NCBI GenBank assembly: GCA_963753595.1
Contig: CAVWCX010000007.1
Coordinates: 32,001-96,000 of the forward strand
Length of the DNA stretch: 64,000 nt
DNA from: Candidatus Methanoperedenaceae archaeon
GTDB taxonomy: Archaea > Halobacteriota > Methanosarcinia > Methanosarcinales > Methanoperedenaceae
Reading direction: 5' to 3'
In this document: piece after piece, positions 30,941-40,991 of the stretch
How the letters are laid out: each line of letters begins with the position of its first letter
Numbering within the stretch: the first letter of the stretch is position 1
Position numbers and translations under genes: made by a program
Notes under the pieces: generated by a model
What the model was told of the DNA's origin: nothing
The model's input: only the letters and a program-made list of their open reading frames with translations
Database searches by the model: none

Positions 30941-31690
30941 TTAAAGCCCCATCTTCTTAACTATCTCGCCCACTGCCTTAAGAGCCGCAGAATCCTCTGG
31001 CAATTCGGCAAGCGGCCTTCCCTCAAGGTCAAATTTTGCTAACTCCTCGTCAAAAGGAACGATCCCCACAAGGTCCATCTTTAATTCACGCGCATATTCC
31101 TCTATCTGCGCCTGGTTTTGCGCAGTAACCTTATTCGCGATCACATGCATTTGTTTTACCTTCAGGTCAAGTGACTTTGCAAGCTCCCGTATCCGCTCAG
31201 CTGTTTGAAGGCCCCGGCGTGAGCCGTCAGTGACCACAAGAAGTTCATCCACATCACGGATGATCCTGCGCGAAAGGTGTTCAAGCCCTGCCGCAGTATC
31301 GATAATCGTGACATCATAATTCTTAAGGATCTTATCCATTATACCGCGAAGAAGATTATTTGCAAAGCAATAGCATCCTGAGCCTTCTGGCCGCCCCATA
31401 ACGAGAAGGTCATAACGCGGCATCTCGCAGAGGACTTCATAGACCTTTGATTCAAGCAGGCTCTCCTTATTGGTATCAGGAGGCAGCCTATCCCGCTCCT
31501 GCAGCATGAATTCGCGCATGTCGCCTATGGTTTTTTCAACTTTTACACCCAGCACATCCGGAAGATTTGAGTCCGGGTCTGCGTCTATTGCAAGAAGGGT
31601 TTTATTCTTTTTTGAGATATGCCTGATCAGCATTCCGGCTACTGCTGTTTTGCCGGTGCCGCCTTTTCCTGTTATTGCGATAATTTTCAT
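30941..31690 (-). CDS. cooC: CO dehydrogenase/ACS nickel-insertion ATPase (CooC/AcsF)
   Basis: GKGGTGKT, IDADP, GSGCYC, DTAAGLEHLSR. Confidence 0.9.
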   Translation of the reverse strand: MKIIAITGKGGTGKTAVAGMLIRHISKKNKTLLAIDADPDSNLPDVLGVKVEKTIGDMREFMLQERDRLPPDTNKESLLESKVYEVLCEMPRYDLLVMGRPEGSGCYCFANNLLRGIMDKILKNYDVTIIDTAAGLEHLSRRIIRDVDELLVVTDGSRRGLQTAERIRELAKSLDLKVKQMHVIANKVTAQNQAQIEEYARELKMDLVGIVPFDEELAKFDLEGRPLAELPEDSAALKAVGEIVKKMGL

Positions 31691-31872
31691 ATTTATTCTA
31701 TAGTCTCCATTTTATATCGGTCACATTGAAACATATTTTTAATTGTTAAAGAAATATTTACATCAGATTATTTTAATATAAGTCTATCAAAGATACTAAT
31801 TTTTCATTATAATCTTCTTTTCTTATTTCTTTAAAGCTCGCTAATAATTACCTGACACCGCTCATTTCAATG

Positions 31873-31909
31873 CACCTGCGCATTTAAAGATTTATCGAAG
31901 GCGCAGGTG
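31873..31909. repeat. Inverted repeat at the 3' end of the PemK/MazF toxin gene
   Basis: CACCTGCGC ... GCGCAGGTG. Confidence 0.5.
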
Positions 31910-32305
31910 ATGGACGAGTAAAGCTGATATAAGAAATAGTGCAGATTTATATCGCAAACCAAGACTCAGTTTCAAGATTTTATCGATTTTATGCATATAT
32001 TGGCCAGATAATTCCCCTAATTTTCGAGCAACTATCCCTTCCGGAACTGTCATTAGATATTCGCATCTTACCACTGATGTTTTGGCAAGACCTGAACGAA
32101 TGAATTCATCAGTCCCCTCTTCTATTATAAACTCGGTCTGCTTAACATCATCAATTCTTTGGGAAGTTATTCCGGCAAGAATAACATCATCAAATCTTCT
32201 TTCGATACTATGATCTGAAACGATAAGAGCTGGTCTTGCTTTTTGCTGGACTCCATCAATTGTAATAAATGGGAAAGGTAATATTACAACATCTCCTCGT
32301 ATCAT
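31892..32305 (-). CDS. PemK/MazF family toxin
   Basis: RGDVVILPFP, KARPALIVS, AGITS, GLAKTS; start moved to MIRGD. Confidence 0.9.
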   Translation of the reverse strand: MIRGDVVILPFPFITIDGVQQKARPALIVSDHSIERRFDDVILAGITSQRIDDVKQTEFIIEEGTDEFIRSGLAKTSVVRCEYLMTVPEGIVARKLGELSGQYMHKIDKILKLSLGLRYKSALFLISALLVHHLRLR

Positions 32306-32510
32306 AAATATCTTCTTCTGGTGAGTCCCATATTTTGGATAAAGACCTTTGTTGCAAAAGAAGTGAACTTTCGTCAATTTGTGATTTAGATGTACCGGGA
32401 TGTTGACTCTTAAGATATTTTGCGAAATCAATTACTTCAATAATTTTGTCTTCCGGCAGCTTATTAACAACTTTTATCAGTTCCTTTTCATATTGTCTTA
32501 CCTTTAGCAT
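32256..32510 (-). CDS. DUF2281-like antitoxin
   Basis: LPEDKIIEVIDFAKYL and WDSPEED motifs; upstream of and overlapping the toxin. Confidence 0.75.
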   Translation of the reverse strand: MLKVRQYEKELIKVVNKLPEDKIIEVIDFAKYLKSQHPGTSKSQIDESSLLLQQRSLSKIWDSPEEDIYDTRRCCNITFPIYYN

Positions 32511-32658
32511 CTTATCTTCCTTTTTCTAAGGTAATATTATTAAACTCAGTCATATAAAGGCTTTGTCTATGAGTTAATGAAAATAACGAAAAAATCTAAT
32601 TATATAGACTCACAATACTTAGGATCATGAGTCTAATCGTTATTTAGCTTTTGATCTA

Positions 32659-34071
32659 TCATTTTTCTTTGTTTTTGAACACAATACGATCAATCGATAT
32701 CTTCGCATTCTTGAAAGAGAGCTTCACCCCTCCGTTCCCTCCGCCGAATTGCATCGGCATCATGGGCATTCCGGCAGGCATGGACGGAGCAGGCATTGAC
32801 CATCCGGGCGCTGCCTGTGTTTCAGATGATGGTTCTTCAGCTTCGGGAACAGTTTCTTCCTTTGTCCAGCGTTCCATTATCGGATGCTGGCTTTTCTCAA
32901 GGAACTCTTTTAATGTCTTAAGATCAGTAGCATTTTCCTCAGTCGGTAATTTATCCACAAGTTCTGGAGGAATATCCGCTTTTATCTTTTCTTTCAGGTT
33001 CCTGGGCATCCACACAACGCGCTTCCATCCGCCATCAGGCTGAATGAATTTTGGTGACCGGAAATAATTTACGCCAACCCCAAGAAAACCTATGATCTGT
33101 TTGCCGCCGCCCGTCTGTCCGGCCATTGTTGAGAAAGCAAGGCCGTTGGGGGCAATACCTGTGAAATCCCTGTCAACCCAGCCGATACCGTCAACTTCAG
33201 GAATATAAAATCCTACTACTTCAAAGCAACCGCAGCTTGTGTGAGGGAATTCAAAGAATGAATGTATCTTGATGCGTGAATATTCACCGCCTGATAATGC
33301 TACTGCCTTCTCATTGACTCCTGAATATTCACCTCCGATCGCGTCGATAACTTCACCTTTTGGAATAGCGAACTGGGGTCCTTCAGGATCAACCTTTGCT
33401 GCAGCGCGGCCATCAAACCAGTTGATAGCGCCGCATAGGGATATCCTGTCTGGTGTAACAACACATGCATTTGTCGGGGCAAAGCTCTGGCACAATGTGC
33501 AGCCATAGAACACATCCACATCTTCATCATGAAGGCCGCGAGTCCTTGCATCCCTTGCCTCATAGATCTTTATTGCTTCTGCTCTTCGTTTTTCGACTTC
33601 ATCTGCATCAGTAACAAAAGTGGCATCTATCTTCTCAATAAAAGATAATTCGTTCTTAAAGAGCATCATTGTGGCTTTAGCGATCTGCTCAAATGACGTA
33701 AGACCTTTTTTAATAGCATCCTTATTTATCCGCACCCACATGTCATACCGCTGGTTAAGATGCATGTAACCCTGGATATAATTCTGGAAATCATGATTTC
33801 GACGCTCTACGATCGCCTCAAGATCGGGTTCTACCAGTTTTCCTGCGATCCGGTAGATCATCGCAAAAGGATGGCGTGAGCCTTCCTGCATCTGGGAGAG
33901 GTCCGGTCCGATAAGAGTAAATTTTCCGTCCTCTATTTCATCTATTCCTGCTGCCCTTACAAGCTCAAATCCTCGTGATTTGGGACCTGCGAGTTCAACA
34001 AACATATCATCTTTTCGTACGCGTTCACCCTCGAACATGGGTGAGATTTCAAAGGGAAATTCGTTTGCCAT
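32659..34071 (-). CDS. cdhC: Acetyl-CoA decarbonylase/synthase beta subunit (ACS)
   Basis: FYGCTLCQSFAP, SLCGA, PHTSCGCFE A-cluster motifs. Confidence 0.97.
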   Translation of the reverse strand: MANEFPFEISPMFEGERVRKDDMFVELAGPKSRGFELVRAAGIDEIEDGKFTLIGPDLSQMQEGSRHPFAMIYRIAGKLVEPDLEAIVERRNHDFQNYIQGYMHLNQRYDMWVRINKDAIKKGLTSFEQIAKATMMLFKNELSFIEKIDATFVTDADEVEKRRAEAIKIYEARDARTRGLHDEDVDVFYGCTLCQSFAPTNACVVTPDRISLCGAINWFDGRAAAKVDPEGPQFAIPKGEVIDAIGGEYSGVNEKAVALSGGEYSRIKIHSFFEFPHTSCGCFEVVGFYIPEVDGIGWVDRDFTGIAPNGLAFSTMAGQTGGGKQIIGFLGVGVNYFRSPKFIQPDGGWKRVVWMPRNLKEKIKADIPPELVDKLPTEENATDLKTLKEFLEKSQHPIMERWTKEETVPEAEEPSSETQAAPGWSMPAPSMPAGMPMMPMQFGGGNGGVKLSFKNAKISIDRIVFKNKEK

Positions 34072-34106
34072 GATTATCGTCCTGTTCTTTTATTTTATTA
34101 TTTTCA

Positions 34107-34670
34107 TTATTTTGGTAACTGGGCTATAACTTCATCAAGCGCTGCGATGAACACATCCTGCTTGAGATTGCCGAATGACATATCCGCATTCGGATGATAG
34201 TATTTATCTATCGAAATTACTTTAATAGTTGAGAAATTCTTAAGCGCGGATATGGCCTGGGAAGCATAATAATAGGTTATCCCGAAAAACACGACCAGGT
34301 CATATCCTCCTTTCCCATCAAGTCCTGGCCAATGCGGGTCGCAAAGATATGATGCAAGAGCATGCATATTTATATAATGTGCATCAAGTTCCTTATCTGC
34401 AAGGTATTTATAAGAATCTCCCACTGAGGCGATTTGTATTCCGGCCCTGCCAAACAAAACAACTCTTGCAAGAACATCCTCATCGCCTATTTTAGACCCT
34501 ACTATCAACAACGGCCTCTTTGCCTTTGCAAACATTTTTCCGGCAACAGCAGCCATCACTGCACGCGCCATTTTTGGCCCGGGAATATTTCCGGTTTGAT
34601 AAGGGACAGCCTGGCGTGTAGTGTCAATTACTTTTTCTTCATGTTTTTCAACAAGTTCCTTCGCTTTCAT
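34107..34670 (-). CDS. cdhB: ACDS epsilon subunit
   Basis: [30 protein letters not shown]; lies between cdhA and cdhC. Confidence 0.95.
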   Translation of the reverse strand: MKAKELVEKHEEKVIDTTRQAVPYQTGNIPGPKMARAVMAAVAGKMFAKAKRPLLIVGSKIGDEDVLARVVLFGRAGIQIASVGDSYKYLADKELDAHYINMHALASYLCDPHWPGLDGKGGYDLVVFFGITYYYASQAISALKNFSTIKVISIDKYYHPNADMSFGNLKQDVFIAALDEVIAQLPK

Positions 34671-37039
34671 TTCTTAACCTCCTTGCACAGGCGGGGAACA
34701 TTGGTCGGCTGGAATGAAACATCAACTTTCCTGAGGGGGCCTTCAAGTATTTTCTTTTTCTCCCAATCGATCTTCCATCCCTTCTTTTCCAGTAATTTCA
34801 TAAGTTGCTCTTTTTTAGCTACAGGAAGGTCTGCTTCATTTCTCACATAAATGTGCCAATCATCAGGCATCTTGTTCATGTATTTTTCGCTCAATTCAAT
34901 ATAATGCGTGAGCTTAATAGCCCGCCCGAGGCTGTTATCGCTTGGCCTGAAGCAGAGCTTGGCAAGAAGCGGCATTAACTCATTCTTTGTTTCTGCGGTT
35001 ATCATAAGGTGCTCTGGTGCAGGTTCAACATTGACCACAGATCCGTCCCTTCCATCCAGTACGTTCCAATCGTCTTTCTTATATGGTTTCCCGATAAAAG
35101 CCCGCCTGTATTTTGTACCGTGAGGTCCGACAACGACAGGGATCCCAAGCCTGTTGCAGCCTGTTCCGATAGAAAAAGCTTTCTGGGAGTAAGCTCCCCA
35201 TGCTATCCCCACTGCTCCAACCCTGTTAAGGACGTAATCTGCGATCTCTTCCCAGTTGCCTTTTGTCTTTCTTCCCGCAAATATAGAAGCAACTTTTATA
35301 GTCGTTGCAGCTATGTGGGCATTTGAAACGCAGGAACCGGTATTCAGGAGGTTGCCTTTGACGAATCTTCCGGGGTAGCGCTCATATAGGGTCTTTCCGT
35401 CTTTATCTTTAAACATCCCTATGTCCATTGCAGAGCAGCCTGAAGAAATTATAATATAGCTGCGCTGTATCATTTCTTCAACAATATCATAAACATCCTT
35501 TGTGCCATCCGGATAATTTCCGCAGCCAACAAAAGCAAGTACTCCCGGGGTTGTTCCAAGAACAAGATTTCGTCCTTCCTCACGTATCTCAGGGTCGCCT
35601 ATCTGTCCTCTTCCGATCCTCATTTTACCTTTTTCTTCTCTTATCACGCGCTGTGAAGCTTTCTCGATAACATTCAATATCGGGATGTCGGAAGGACAGC
35701 TAAAATCACATCGTCCGCATCCTATGCATTTATCATGCAGCGTTTCAAAAAGCGAAAAATTCCCATCCACAGCAGCCTCCATAGCATCAGATATCGGAAG
35801 GCTCTGGGGGCAGTCACGTGTGCACTGGAGACATTTAGTACATTTTGCAACAAGTTTCTTGAGTTCCTTTTCACTTGGAAGTGCTGTATACCCTTTTGAT
35901 TTCCGTATGGGCCCTATTTTCATTGCAAGTTTAGGGATAAGTTCCCCGACCTTTTCAAAATCAAGAAGGACTACGCCTGGCTGTTTTCCACTTACAAGGT
36001 CATTTAATATATCATCAACGTTATCATTTGACCTGTCCGGCAAACCATATGTGATTTTTTCATTCGTGGCAATTACAGGAATATGAAGTTTTTGTGCTTC
36101 CTTTAATATATCGGCCCTGACACATTGTTCATCAGTTATCAGGACATCGGGTATTCCTGACCTTATATATTTAAGTTCCTTGCTCATGGAACCGATGATC
36201 TTAGCAGTTTTATTATAACGTGTCATATCGTGGGCAGTACAGCACAATCCTGCGATCTCAATTTTATCAAATAAGCCATTCTTGTCCATGTAATCAAGAA
36301 TATATGCAGGGGCCGCAATATTATGCCCGACGCATATAACGACAGGTTTTTTCGGATCTAGTATTCCCATCCCCATCTCTGCCAATGGGGCTTTTTCATC
36401 AGACTTCGGGAATCCCAGGCAGGATATCTGGATGATATCAGCGACTTCCATACCGAGAAGATCAAGCATCCCTGCATGCAGGGCTTTTGATTCAAAATCA
36501 CGAGCAGCCCCTTCCTGGCCTGTATTTGTGGCAGCAATAAGCTGTGTTAACTGTTCTTCAACATATTCAAGAACAGGGATAAAATCTCCAATTGTTTTAG
36601 GGGTAATGCCCATTATTGTTTCGGTCAGGGGAGCTTTAAGATTGCTTGGACCAACATCAATTGGAAAGTCTGCGCCATATTTCTTGATAAGGTAATTAAG
36701 AAGATGTCTTCCATGGGCGGAATGGCATGCCGAGCCCATAATACTTATTAAGAGAGCCTGCCGTGCCGACTGCCCTTCCAGGTCTATTCCACATGCTCCT
36801 TCCTTATTCCCTGTGAGGTCACATTTACCATATGTACAGAAATCACAGGTATCTCCAGTCGGTGTATAAACCGGGTTATACCTGTCAATAATACGATAAT
36901 CCCAATTTCGAAGACCTATTATCTCAGGTCTGGGTGTAGGCCCTTCTGCTATTTGTTCTTCTTCTGCCCCCACCTTGCCTATGTTTATCTGGACGTTCTC
37001 CAATTCTTCTATTACGAAACTTCCTTTCTTTGGGTTCAT
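34667..37039 (-). CDS. cdhA: ACDS alpha subunit (CO dehydrogenase)
   Basis: [25 protein letters not shown], two ferredoxin motifs, GSCVSN. Confidence 0.97.
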   Translation of the reverse strand: MNPKKGSFVIEELENVQINIGKVGAEEEQIAEGPTPRPEIIGLRNWDYRIIDRYNPVYTPTGDTCDFCTYGKCDLTGNKEGACGIDLEGQSARQALLISIMGSACHSAHGRHLLNYLIKKYGADFPIDVGPSNLKAPLTETIMGITPKTIGDFIPVLEYVEEQLTQLIAATNTGQEGAARDFESKALHAGMLDLLGMEVADIIQISCLGFPKSDEKAPLAEMGMGILDPKKPVVICVGHNIAAPAYILDYMDKNGLFDKIEIAGLCCTAHDMTRYNKTAKIIGSMSKELKYIRSGIPDVLITDEQCVRADILKEAQKLHIPVIATNEKITYGLPDRSNDNVDDILNDLVSGKQPGVVLLDFEKVGELIPKLAMKIGPIRKSKGYTALPSEKELKKLVAKCTKCLQCTRDCPQSLPISDAMEAAVDGNFSLFETLHDKCIGCGRCDFSCPSDIPILNVIEKASQRVIREEKGKMRIGRGQIGDPEIREEGRNLVLGTTPGVLAFVGCGNYPDGTKDVYDIVEEMIQRSYIIISSGCSAMDIGMFKDKDGKTLYERYPGRFVKGNLLNTGSCVSNAHIAATTIKVASIFAGRKTKGNWEEIADYVLNRVGAVGIAWGAYSQKAFSIGTGCNRLGIPVVVGPHGTKYRRAFIGKPYKKDDWNVLDGRDGSVVNVEPAPEHLMITAETKNELMPLLAKLCFRPSDNSLGRAIKLTHYIELSEKYMNKMPDDWHIYVRNEADLPVAKKEQLMKLLEKKGWKIDWEKKKILEGPLRKVDVSFQPTNVPRLCKEVKK

Positions 37040-37263
37040 TTATTATCTCCACTGATTACAAATATTTGAATGAGCTTCTTTCAGATCCACACTGCCTCAC
37101 ATGTTAGTATTTATCCAATGCTATTTGAATTCTTTTATCCTTTCACAAATTGATGTATAATCTACATCAATATACTTATACGTTATCCCTTTTATCACTA
37201 TCATCCATTATATTTTTTAAAACATTAGTATTATCTTATAAAAAAAACAATCAACAAGGCCCA

Positions 37264-37848
37264 ATGAATATTAACTATAAAAATACAAAAATTAAATATA
37301 CCTCTTCAGTTTATGAACCCGCTGAAGATTCTTTTCTGCTGGCAGAGGCAGCTTTAGACCAGATAAAAGGTTCGCAAAGGGTTTTAGAAGTCGGGTGCGG
37401 AAGCGGCATAATTTCAGCGGTTATTAAGAACAATACCAGTGCAGTGATCATTGGGATAGATATAAACCCTTATGCTGCAGCATGCACAAGAGATAATGGT
37501 GTTGAAGCAATAAGGGGCAACTTGTTGGACTGTATCAGGGGGAAATTTGACATAATAATATTCAACCCGCCTTATCTTCCTACTGATGAATCTGAAAGAA
37601 CCAACGACTGGATAAATTGTGCATTGGATGGGGGATGTGATGGCAGGGAAGTAATCAACAGGTTCCTTGCGGATGCAGTCACTCACTTGCTTGAAAATGG
37701 AAGGATATTGATGCTTGTATCCTCATTCACGGGGATAGAAGAAGTAAAATCAAAGATGAAGGAACTGGGTTATGGTGTAAAAGAAGTGAGCAAAGAGAGA
37801 ATTAGTTTTGAGCAACTTATGGTCATAGAAGCAACAAAGATTACATAG
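37264..37848 (+). CDS. HemK2/MTQ2 release-factor glutamine methyltransferase
   Basis: VYEPAEDSFLL, LEVGCGSG, FNPPYLP; start moved to MNINY. Confidence 0.92.
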   Translation: MNINYKNTKIKYTSSVYEPAEDSFLLAEAALDQIKGSQRVLEVGCGSGIISAVIKNNTSAVIIGIDINPYAAACTRDNGVEAIRGNLLDCIRGKFDIIIFNPPYLPTDESERTNDWINCALDGGCDGREVINRFLADAVTHLLENGRILMLVSSFTGIEEVKSKMKELGYGVKEVSKERISFEQLMVIEATKIT

Positions 37849-37959
37849 TTAAGCTAACGATTTTTCAGGATATTCAGATTTAGCTGGATTTTTTGCATTT
37901 ATATTCTGGCCACATTATGGCCATATTATCACATTTGTGTTACTTCCCGGGTGTCGGTC

Positions 37960-37972
37960 AAAAACTATATAT
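37960..37972 (+). promoter_or_regulatory. Putative archaeal BRE/TATA promoter for the small-ORF cluster
   Basis: AAAAA-CTATATAT about 25 nt upstream of ATG 37998. Confidence 0.45.
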
Positions 37973-37997
37973 CCTACTACAGAACAATACCATTGTA

Positions 37998-38060
37998 ATG
38001 AGTATGATAATAATAATCATAATAATAATGATAATTATTAATCACACTAAAAAGGAATGA
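37998..38060 (+). CDS. Putative 20-aa Ile-rich leader peptide MSMIIIIIIIMIIINHTKKE
   Basis: Translated by hand: 10 Ile codons, 7 of them ATA; could be a non-coding ATA microsatellite. Confidence 0.3.
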   Translation: MSMIIIIIIIMIIINHTKKE

Positions 38061-38081
38061 ATTGCGGGAGGTTCAATAAAA

Positions 38082-38183
38082 ATGAGACAAAAAACACAGC
38101 AAGAAATCGATAACGAAATCGAGAATCTGGAGTATGAGATCAGATGCTCGAACGAAATGAGAGAACAAAACGGAGGTGAATAA
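38082..38183 (+). CDS. Putative 33-aa acidic small protein MRQKTQQEIDNEIENLEYEIRCSNEMREQNGGE
   Basis: GGGAGG RBS upstream; ends 3 nt before next ATG; below ORF-track cutoff. Confidence 0.5.
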   Translation: MRQKTQQEIDNEIENLEYEIRCSNEMREQNGGE

Positions 38184-38186
38184 AGT

Positions 38187-38375
38187 ATGCATAACTTACA
38201 TAATGTAGAAACCTGGTTCAATGGTAACACAGCATGTCATAATGACCCTACAAAAAAAATGTGTGACCACTGCATGGCTTGCCGTCCTCTAAATTGCGAC
38301 GAACATGAATGTGACAGAGCAGGCAGATGTATGTGCAATAGAACACAGTGTATATGCCTGGGAAGACTTACATAA
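38187..38375 (+). CDS. 62-aa Cys/His-rich small protein (metal-binding, metallothionein-like)
   Basis: Perfect GGAGGTGA RBS at 38172; 10 Cys, 5 His; CxxCxxC and two CxC. Confidence 0.65.
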   Translation: MHNLHNVETWFNGNTACHNDPTKKMCDHCMACRPLNCDEHECDRAGRCMCNRTQCICLGRLT

Positions 38376-38457
38376 ATCTAATATATTATTCAATAATTCC
38401 TCATTTCCTGGCCATAGTATTAACTATGGTCAAGAAATGAGAACCCTTTCCCCGGAT

Positions 38458-38739
38458 TTAAACTTCTATTTCTGCAAACCTGTCAATGTCTGTCCTGTGG
38501 CCCCAGATATCCCCTGTTAACAGTTTTATATTTTTCATTTTTAAAAGTGTTTTTGTAGTATTTGATATTGTTTTCTGGTAAGATGACGGCAACTGGATTC
38601 TTTTTAATTTAGTCGCAGCATTTACCAGTTCGAATATGTTTTTTTCAGATGGCCTGAAACAGAAATGTACGTTCTCTTCTTTTCCTTCAACATCTTTGAG
38701 GTCTTCCTCTGCGCCAATAATTCTGAAAACTACCTTCAT
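38458..38739 (-). CDS. DUF1699 family protein
   Basis: VHFCFRPS, LPSSY.KT.S, GDIWGHR.DI motifs. Confidence 0.85.
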   Translation of the reverse strand: MKVVFRIIGAEEDLKDVEGKEENVHFCFRPSEKNIFELVNAATKLKRIQLPSSYQKTISNTTKTLLKMKNIKLLTGDIWGHRTDIDRFAEIEV

Positions 38740-38928
38740 ATTATTATTAATAGTGATTCATACTATTTATATTTTTTACTTTAGAAACTGTAGTTTGTTA
38801 ACCAGTACCCACTTAAAACCTTTGGTAGATTTTTTCCTCATGTGAAATATATGCAACCAAAGACACATTTTCATTATTTGATTACCTGCATTAAACCCAA
38901 ACCTGATAAAAGCATATTATAAAGCATA

Positions 38929-40854
38929 TTATAACTCCGATCTCAGCTTTGCTATCCTGTCCCTTATCTTTGCAGCTTTCTCAAATTCCTGGCTCTTGGC
39001 AGCCCGATGCATCTCAGCCTCAAGCTCCACAATATAATTGAAAATCTCCTCTTTTGGCGGCGCCTCCTCGGTTATCGCACGCGGTTCCACTGCCTTTCGT
39101 ATCGTTTGCGGTGTGATGTTATGCTCTTTATTATATTCTACCTGCATCGTCCGCCTTCTATTTGTCTCATCTATTGCCCTTTGCATTGAACCTGTTATCC
39201 TGTCTGCATACATTACGACTTTCCCCTCAACATTCCTTGAAGTTCTCCCTATTGTCTGCAAAAGAGAGCGGTCAGAACGCAGGAAACCTTCCTTATCAGC
39301 GTCAAGGATGGCTACAAGCGCGACTTCCGGCAGGTCAAGCCCTTCACGAAGGAGGTTTATCCCTACGAGCACATCGAACTCGCCAAGGCGCAGTCCCCTG
39401 ATGATCTCGATCCTCTCCAGTGTTTCTATCTCAGAATGCATATATCTTGCTTTGATCCCTGCTCCCAGAAAATATTCTGTAAGGTCTTCTGCCATTCGTT
39501 TTGTAAGTGTTGTAACAAGGACCCTGAATTTTTTTGCGGTTTTTGCGCGGATCTCCCCGATCAAGTCATCGATCTGTCCAGTTATGGGTTTAATTATGAT
39601 CTCAGGGTCAACAAGCCCTGTGGGGCGGATGATCTGCTCCACGACCTGTGCGCTTAAAGCCACCTCATAATCCGCAGGTGTTGCCGAAACATACAGCACC
39701 TGGTTCACCCTTTCACTGAACTCATCGAATGTGAGGGGACGATTATCGTACGCAGACGGCATCCTGAAACCATAATTCACTAAAGATTCTTTCCGCGCGT
39801 GGTCTCCTGCCTGCATTCCCCTGATCTGCGGGATGGTAACATGCGATTCATCGATCACTATAAGAAAATCCTTCGGGAAATAATCTATAAGCGAGTACGC
39901 CGGCTCACCCTCTCTTCGGCCATCCATGTGGCGGCTGTAATTTTCTATTCCCTGGCAGTACCCGATCTCATGCATCATTTCTATATCGAATTTTGTCCGC
40001 TGTTCAAGGCGTGCTGCTTCCAGTATTTTTCCTGTCCGCTTTAGTTCCTGTAATCTTCCCTTGAGTTCCTCTTCTATTGATTCGATAGCAAGATCGATCT
40101 TTTCCTGGGGCATAACGAAATGCTTGGCAGGATATATGACCAGGGCATCTTTTTCAAGGATCGTTTTCCCTGTCAGGGGATCAAATTCACAGATGCGTTC
40201 TATCTCATCACCGAAAAGTTCGATCCTGACCCCGGTTGATGCATAAGAAGGGAATACTTCGATCGTATCGCCGCGTGCCCGGAATTTCCCTGTACTGAAA
40301 TCCATGTCATTTCGTTCATATTGCATATCCACAAATCTTGAAAGTATCACCTTTCGCGGCGCTTCATCTCCTTTTCGAAAAAGAATGGACATATCACGCC
40401 ATTCCTGGGGCGATCCGATCCCGTAAATGCAGGAAACGCTTGCCACTACGATTACATCCCGTCGTTCGAACAGGGATCGTGTGGCAGAAAGCCGCATCCT
40501 GTTGATCTCTTCGTTTATGGAAGCGTCTTTTTCAATATAAGTATCAGTCTGGGGGATATACGCTTCAGGCTGGTAGTAATCATAATAGCTTACAAAATAT
40601 TCAACTGCATTTTCAGGGAAAAAAGCCTTGAATTCTGAGTAAAGCTGTGCCGCAAGGGTCTTGTTGTGAGAAATAACAAGAGTTGGGCGCTGGACATTCT
40701 GGATAACATTGGCGACTGTGAATGTTTTCCCGGAACCGGTCACACCAAGGAGTGTCTGGTGCTTCATACCCTGGTTAAGACCCAGGGTCAGTTTCTCGAT
40801 AGCTTTTACCTGGTCGCCTTTTGGCTCAAATACTGATGTAAGATTAAATTGCAG
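38929..40854 (-). CDS. uvrB: Excinuclease ABC subunit B (start uncertain, probably CTG at 40854)
   Basis: [39 protein letters not shown]-terminal UVR domain; conserved PKGDQ..AI upstream of first ATG. Confidence 0.96.
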   Translation of the reverse strand: MQFNLTSVFEPKGDQVKAIEKLTLGLNQGMKHQTLLGVTGSGKTFTVANVIQNVQRPTLVISHNKTLAAQLYSEFKAFFPENAVEYFVSYYDYYQPEAYIPQTDTYIEKDASINEEINRMRLSATRSLFERRDVIVVASVSCIYGIGSPQEWRDMSILFRKGDEAPRKVILSRFVDMQYERNDMDFSTGKFRARGDTIEVFPSYASTGVRIELFGDEIERICEFDPLTGKTILEKDALVIYPAKHFVMPQEKIDLAIESIEEELKGRLQELKRTGKILEAARLEQRTKFDIEMMHEIGYCQGIENYSRHMDGRREGEPAYSLIDYFPKDFLIVIDESHVTIPQIRGMQAGDHARKESLVNYGFRMPSAYDNRPLTFDEFSERVNQVLYVSATPADYEVALSAQVVEQIIRPTGLVDPEIIIKPITGQIDDLIGEIRAKTAKKFRVLVTTLTKRMAEDLTEYFLGAGIKARYMHSEIETLERIEIIRGLRLGEFDVLVGINLLREGLDLPEVALVAILDADKEGFLRSDRSLLQTIGRTSRNVEGKVVMYADRITGSMQRAIDETNRRRTMQVEYNKEHNITPQTIRKAVEPRAITEEAPPKEEIFNYIVELEAEMHRAAKSQEFEKAAKIRDRIAKLRSEL

Positions 40855-40991
40855 AGTTATCCCTTCAGTTAAGATTTATCCAATTGATATTAAAGGGAAT
40901 CCTGTGATCATTTTCCATGGAGTCATAACATTAATATACCCATGTGAGCAATATATATGATACTAATGATGAGAGGTATATGAGGTACAAT

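Noticed and set aside
37150-37263. Long N-terminal extensions in the ORF track (hemK2, also pyrE, dCMP deaminase, queC, RPA, PemK toxin)
   Set aside because: AT-rich non-homologous sequence overlapping promoters or neighbouring genes; downstream ATGs match the family N-termini
39038-39670. Long antisense ORFs (also 26425..27012, 55427..56089, 1945..2499)
   Set aside because: Shadows of well-supported genes on the opposite strand, with no motifs of their own
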